The notes beneath the pieces are model-generated. The model was not told where the DNA came from, ran no database searches, and saw only the letters and a program-made list of their open reading frames with translations. This document shows positions 61,228 through 64,000 of a stretch of DNA of 64,000 bases, piece after piece. Source of the DNA: Haliotis cracherodii (taxonomy: Eukaryota); contig NW_027266341.1 of assembly GCF_022045235.1 (NCBI RefSeq), positions 54,870,001 through 54,934,000 of the forward strand, written 5' to 3'. The stretch's first letter is position 1, and every line of letters begins with the position of its first letter. The position numbers and the translations under genes were made by a program.

Positions 61228-61452
61228 GTGAGTTGAGTCTAACCGCATTTAGAACTATTCCAGTTATATCACGGCGTGTTAGTTTATTGTGGGAGGAAAG
61301 CCCGTCTTATGCATGTCTCGGAAGTATACCACTTTGTTGAAGCCAACGAACACGGTTTATGATGCTGACAAACCTAGAAACATAATCGGGGCGAACCGGG
61401 ATTCCAACCCACAATTAAAGGTTTCTGGCGTGGCCAAGGGACGCAACTCTGC
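61228..61452 (-). mobile_element. SINE family B
   Basis: Reverse match (tgtgggaggaaagccc, gctgacaaacctagaaacataatcggggcgaaccggg). Confidence 0.78.
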
Positions 61453-62146
61453 CCCCTCAGTGTAAATTGAAAGAAGAAATGTTTTATATTACCGAAGTAC
61501 AAAACAAGATGGGTACAATGTGTGAAGCCCATTTCTGGTGTTCCCCGCCGTGATATTGCTGGAATATTACTAAATGCGGCGTAAAATCATATTCACTTAC
61601 CCACATTACTATAAAAAACACATAACGTTTATGTATGCTTCATATGTCCTTCATATGAACCTCACTCTATTAATATCAGGCACAATGACTTGGTTGATGC
61701 ATGTTATCGTAGATCGATGCTCATGATATCAATCACTGGATTGTCTTGTCCAGACTCGATTAATTACATACAGCCGCCATATAGCTGGAATATTGCTGAG
61801 TGCAAAGATAAACAACAGATACAAACAAACAAAAATAAAACATTGTGACTGATAAAACTGACAAACATTCTTTATGTGTTTCATCATTCGTTCTCGTTCA
61901 ATCTGCTATACCCATAATTAAAATAACTGTTAAAGACCTAGTTATGAAATGCAAACAGGAACGTTGTGGCATTAATGATAGAGTCAAAATACATTTTATG
62001 AATAGCGAAACACATTCAATACTTAATCATATATCATGATCGATTTTACTGACGTCCAGGGACCGGGAAACTTATTAGCCGAATGAAAGGAAGTATTTGT
62101 TGCGCAAATATCCGCGGATAATCCTTAGTAGTTCCGTGTAGTCCTT

Positions 62147-62658
62147 GCGTAGATACGCAGACCATTTACAAAAATGTGTACGTAGTCACCGCATAGATAC
62201 GCAGACCACATGCAAAAATGTGTGCGTAGTCACCGCATAGATACGCAGACCATTTACAAAAATGTGTGCGTATTTCCCGCATAGATACGAAGAACACTTA
62301 CAGACATGTGTGCGTAGTCACCGCATAGATACGCAGACCACATGCAAAAATGTGTGCGTAGTCACCGCATAGATACGCAGACCATTTACAAAAATGTGTG
62401 CGTATTTCCCGCATAGATACGAAGAACACTTACAGACATGTGTGCGTAGTCACCGCATAGATACGCAGACCATTTACAAAAATGTGTGCGTAGTCAGCAC
62501 ATAGATACGCAGAACATTTACAGACATGTGTGCGTAGTTACCGCATAGATACGCAGACCATTTACAAAAATGTGTGCGTAGTCACCGCATAGATACGCAG
62601 AACATTTACAAAAATGTGTGCATAGTCACCGCATAGATACGCCGAATTTTACAAAATG
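62147..62658. repeat. 44-bp minisatellite (~11.5 copies)
   Basis: Unit gcatagatacgcagaccatttacaaaaatgtgtgcgtagtcacc; variant units recur every three monomers in 62190-62460. Confidence 0.93.
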
Positions 62659-63359
62659 TCCGCGGAGTTTCTGCGCGGGATACACAGTATTATTTTGCGA
62701 AATAAAGTAAAAGATGTTTGCGCTGTAGTCACTTTGTATTTATCAACAGATCGAAGGTTCGAATCCCAGATACGCCATGATGACAATCCTTGCCAGCACC
62801 GTTTCCGAGCTCTTGGGGTTCACCACAGATATGTATCAATTCAAGCATTCCTCCCACAAGCTGGTATGTCGTGACGTAACTGGGATAGTGTTCAAGGCGG
62901 CGTAAAACCCTTACTCACTCACTAAATCACATTATTTTTCACGTAGTTACGGCTTTGAAATACTATTACTAGTATGTTGTTTGCGGACACACACGTGTAG
63001 ACATTATGTGTGTAGGTTCTACAGGTCATGATCCTGGTGTCTCCAGCAACCACTCAAACACCAGACCTTTCACCCTTGAAATTTACATGTACGTAATATT
63101 GCAAGGCCGTTGTCACAAGGCCGTTATATGAGAATTCCACCTTTGAACGTTGACCGATGTCTAATGCAATCTACATTCGTCCAGTTCTAATGTCAGTTGT
63201 AGTGACCGGTGATCTTTAAGAGTGTGATCAAAATCTCATTAAAAGCATTTAATGACGGTAAAACTTACACGGGGGTGGAACATAGCCTGTATTCAGGATA
63301 TATGATGTATTTATCGAGTTTCCATTAGCTAAATGCATGGTGTTTCTTCCTAATAAAAG

Positions 63360-63547
63360 GACTGCCTCCGTGGTCTAGTGGTAAAGCGTCCGCCCGGCGA
63401 GCGGAAAGTCCGGGGTTCGATCCCGGCCGCGTCATACCAAAAGACGTTAAAAGATCATGGTTCTTGTTGTTACCCTGTCTGGCGCTCGGTACATGCACGT
63501 TGCTATATAAGTGCAATAATCTTGAAACCCCATTTCACCTCAACTCA
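63360..63547 (+). mobile_element. SINE family C, internally deleted, with TSD
   Basis: TSD cctaataaaag at 63349-63359 and 63548-63558. Confidence 0.85.
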
Positions 63548-63691
63548 CCTAATAAAAGAAATTTTGAAATGTGCATGCATGATAGCCTCTTTATTATATA
63601 ATGTCATTCTTAAAGTTTATCGACGAAAAAAGGTACAAAACGGTACGAAAATGGAACATAAACGGTACACAAACGGTACATTCACCTTGAA

Positions 63692-63857
63692 GTGAGTGAG
63701 TGAGTATGGTTTTACGCCGCTTTTAGCAATATTCCAGCAATATCACGGCGGGGGACACCAGAAATGGGCTTCACACATTGTACCATGTCGGGAATCGAAC
63801 CCGGGTCTTCGGCGTGACGAGCGAACGCTTAAACCACTAGGCTACCCGACCGCCCCC
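63692..63857 (-). mobile_element. Intact young SINE family A with TSD
   Basis: TSD ttcaccttgaa at 63681-63691 and 63858-63868. Confidence 0.9.
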
Positions 63858-64000
63858 TTCACCTTGAATGTACGGCTAAATATTTCACTTCAATACAGTT
63901 CCAGGGGCGGTCGGGTAGTCTAGTCGCCTAGTGGTTAAAGCGTTCGCTCGTCACGCGTTCGATTCCCGACATTGGTACAATGTGTGAAGCCCATTTCTGG

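Larger units (their letters stand above)
63039..64000 (-). repeat. Inverted duplicate of ~58938-59523, running off the window end
   Basis: gtctccagcaaccactcaaacaccagacc at 63039 is the reverse complement of sequence ending at 59523; colinear to the window end. Confidence 0.9.

Overview
AT-rich animal genomic DNA. The SINE and LINE content points to a mollusc, probably a gastropod such as abalone (inference). There are two assembly gaps (36848-37317, 47900-48065). The main feature is a cluster of five paralogous two-exon genes, arranged 1(+) 2(+) 3(-) 4(-) 5(+). Each has a TATA-type promoter, a first exon coding only Met-Lys or Met-Gln, a phase-0 GT-AG intron, and one large exon. The products are secreted proteins of about 710-803 aa rich in Ala/Asn/Gly/Tyr/His/Lys; I do not recognise the family. 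They look low-complexity but are not random: two homologous ~280-290 aa modules, each centred on a conserved (D/G)G motif (one acidic, one His/Lys-rich), align without indels across paralogs, and all length variation sits in Gly-rich linker and tail regions. This suggests an undescribed structural or biomaterial protein system. Coding sequences show mosaic sharing (2+3 versus 1+4) that conflicts with flank ancestry (1+2 versus 3+4), suggesting gene conversion across the inverted arrangement. The rest is SINEs (at least five families), truncated LINEs, MITEs, satellites and local direct or inverted duplications.
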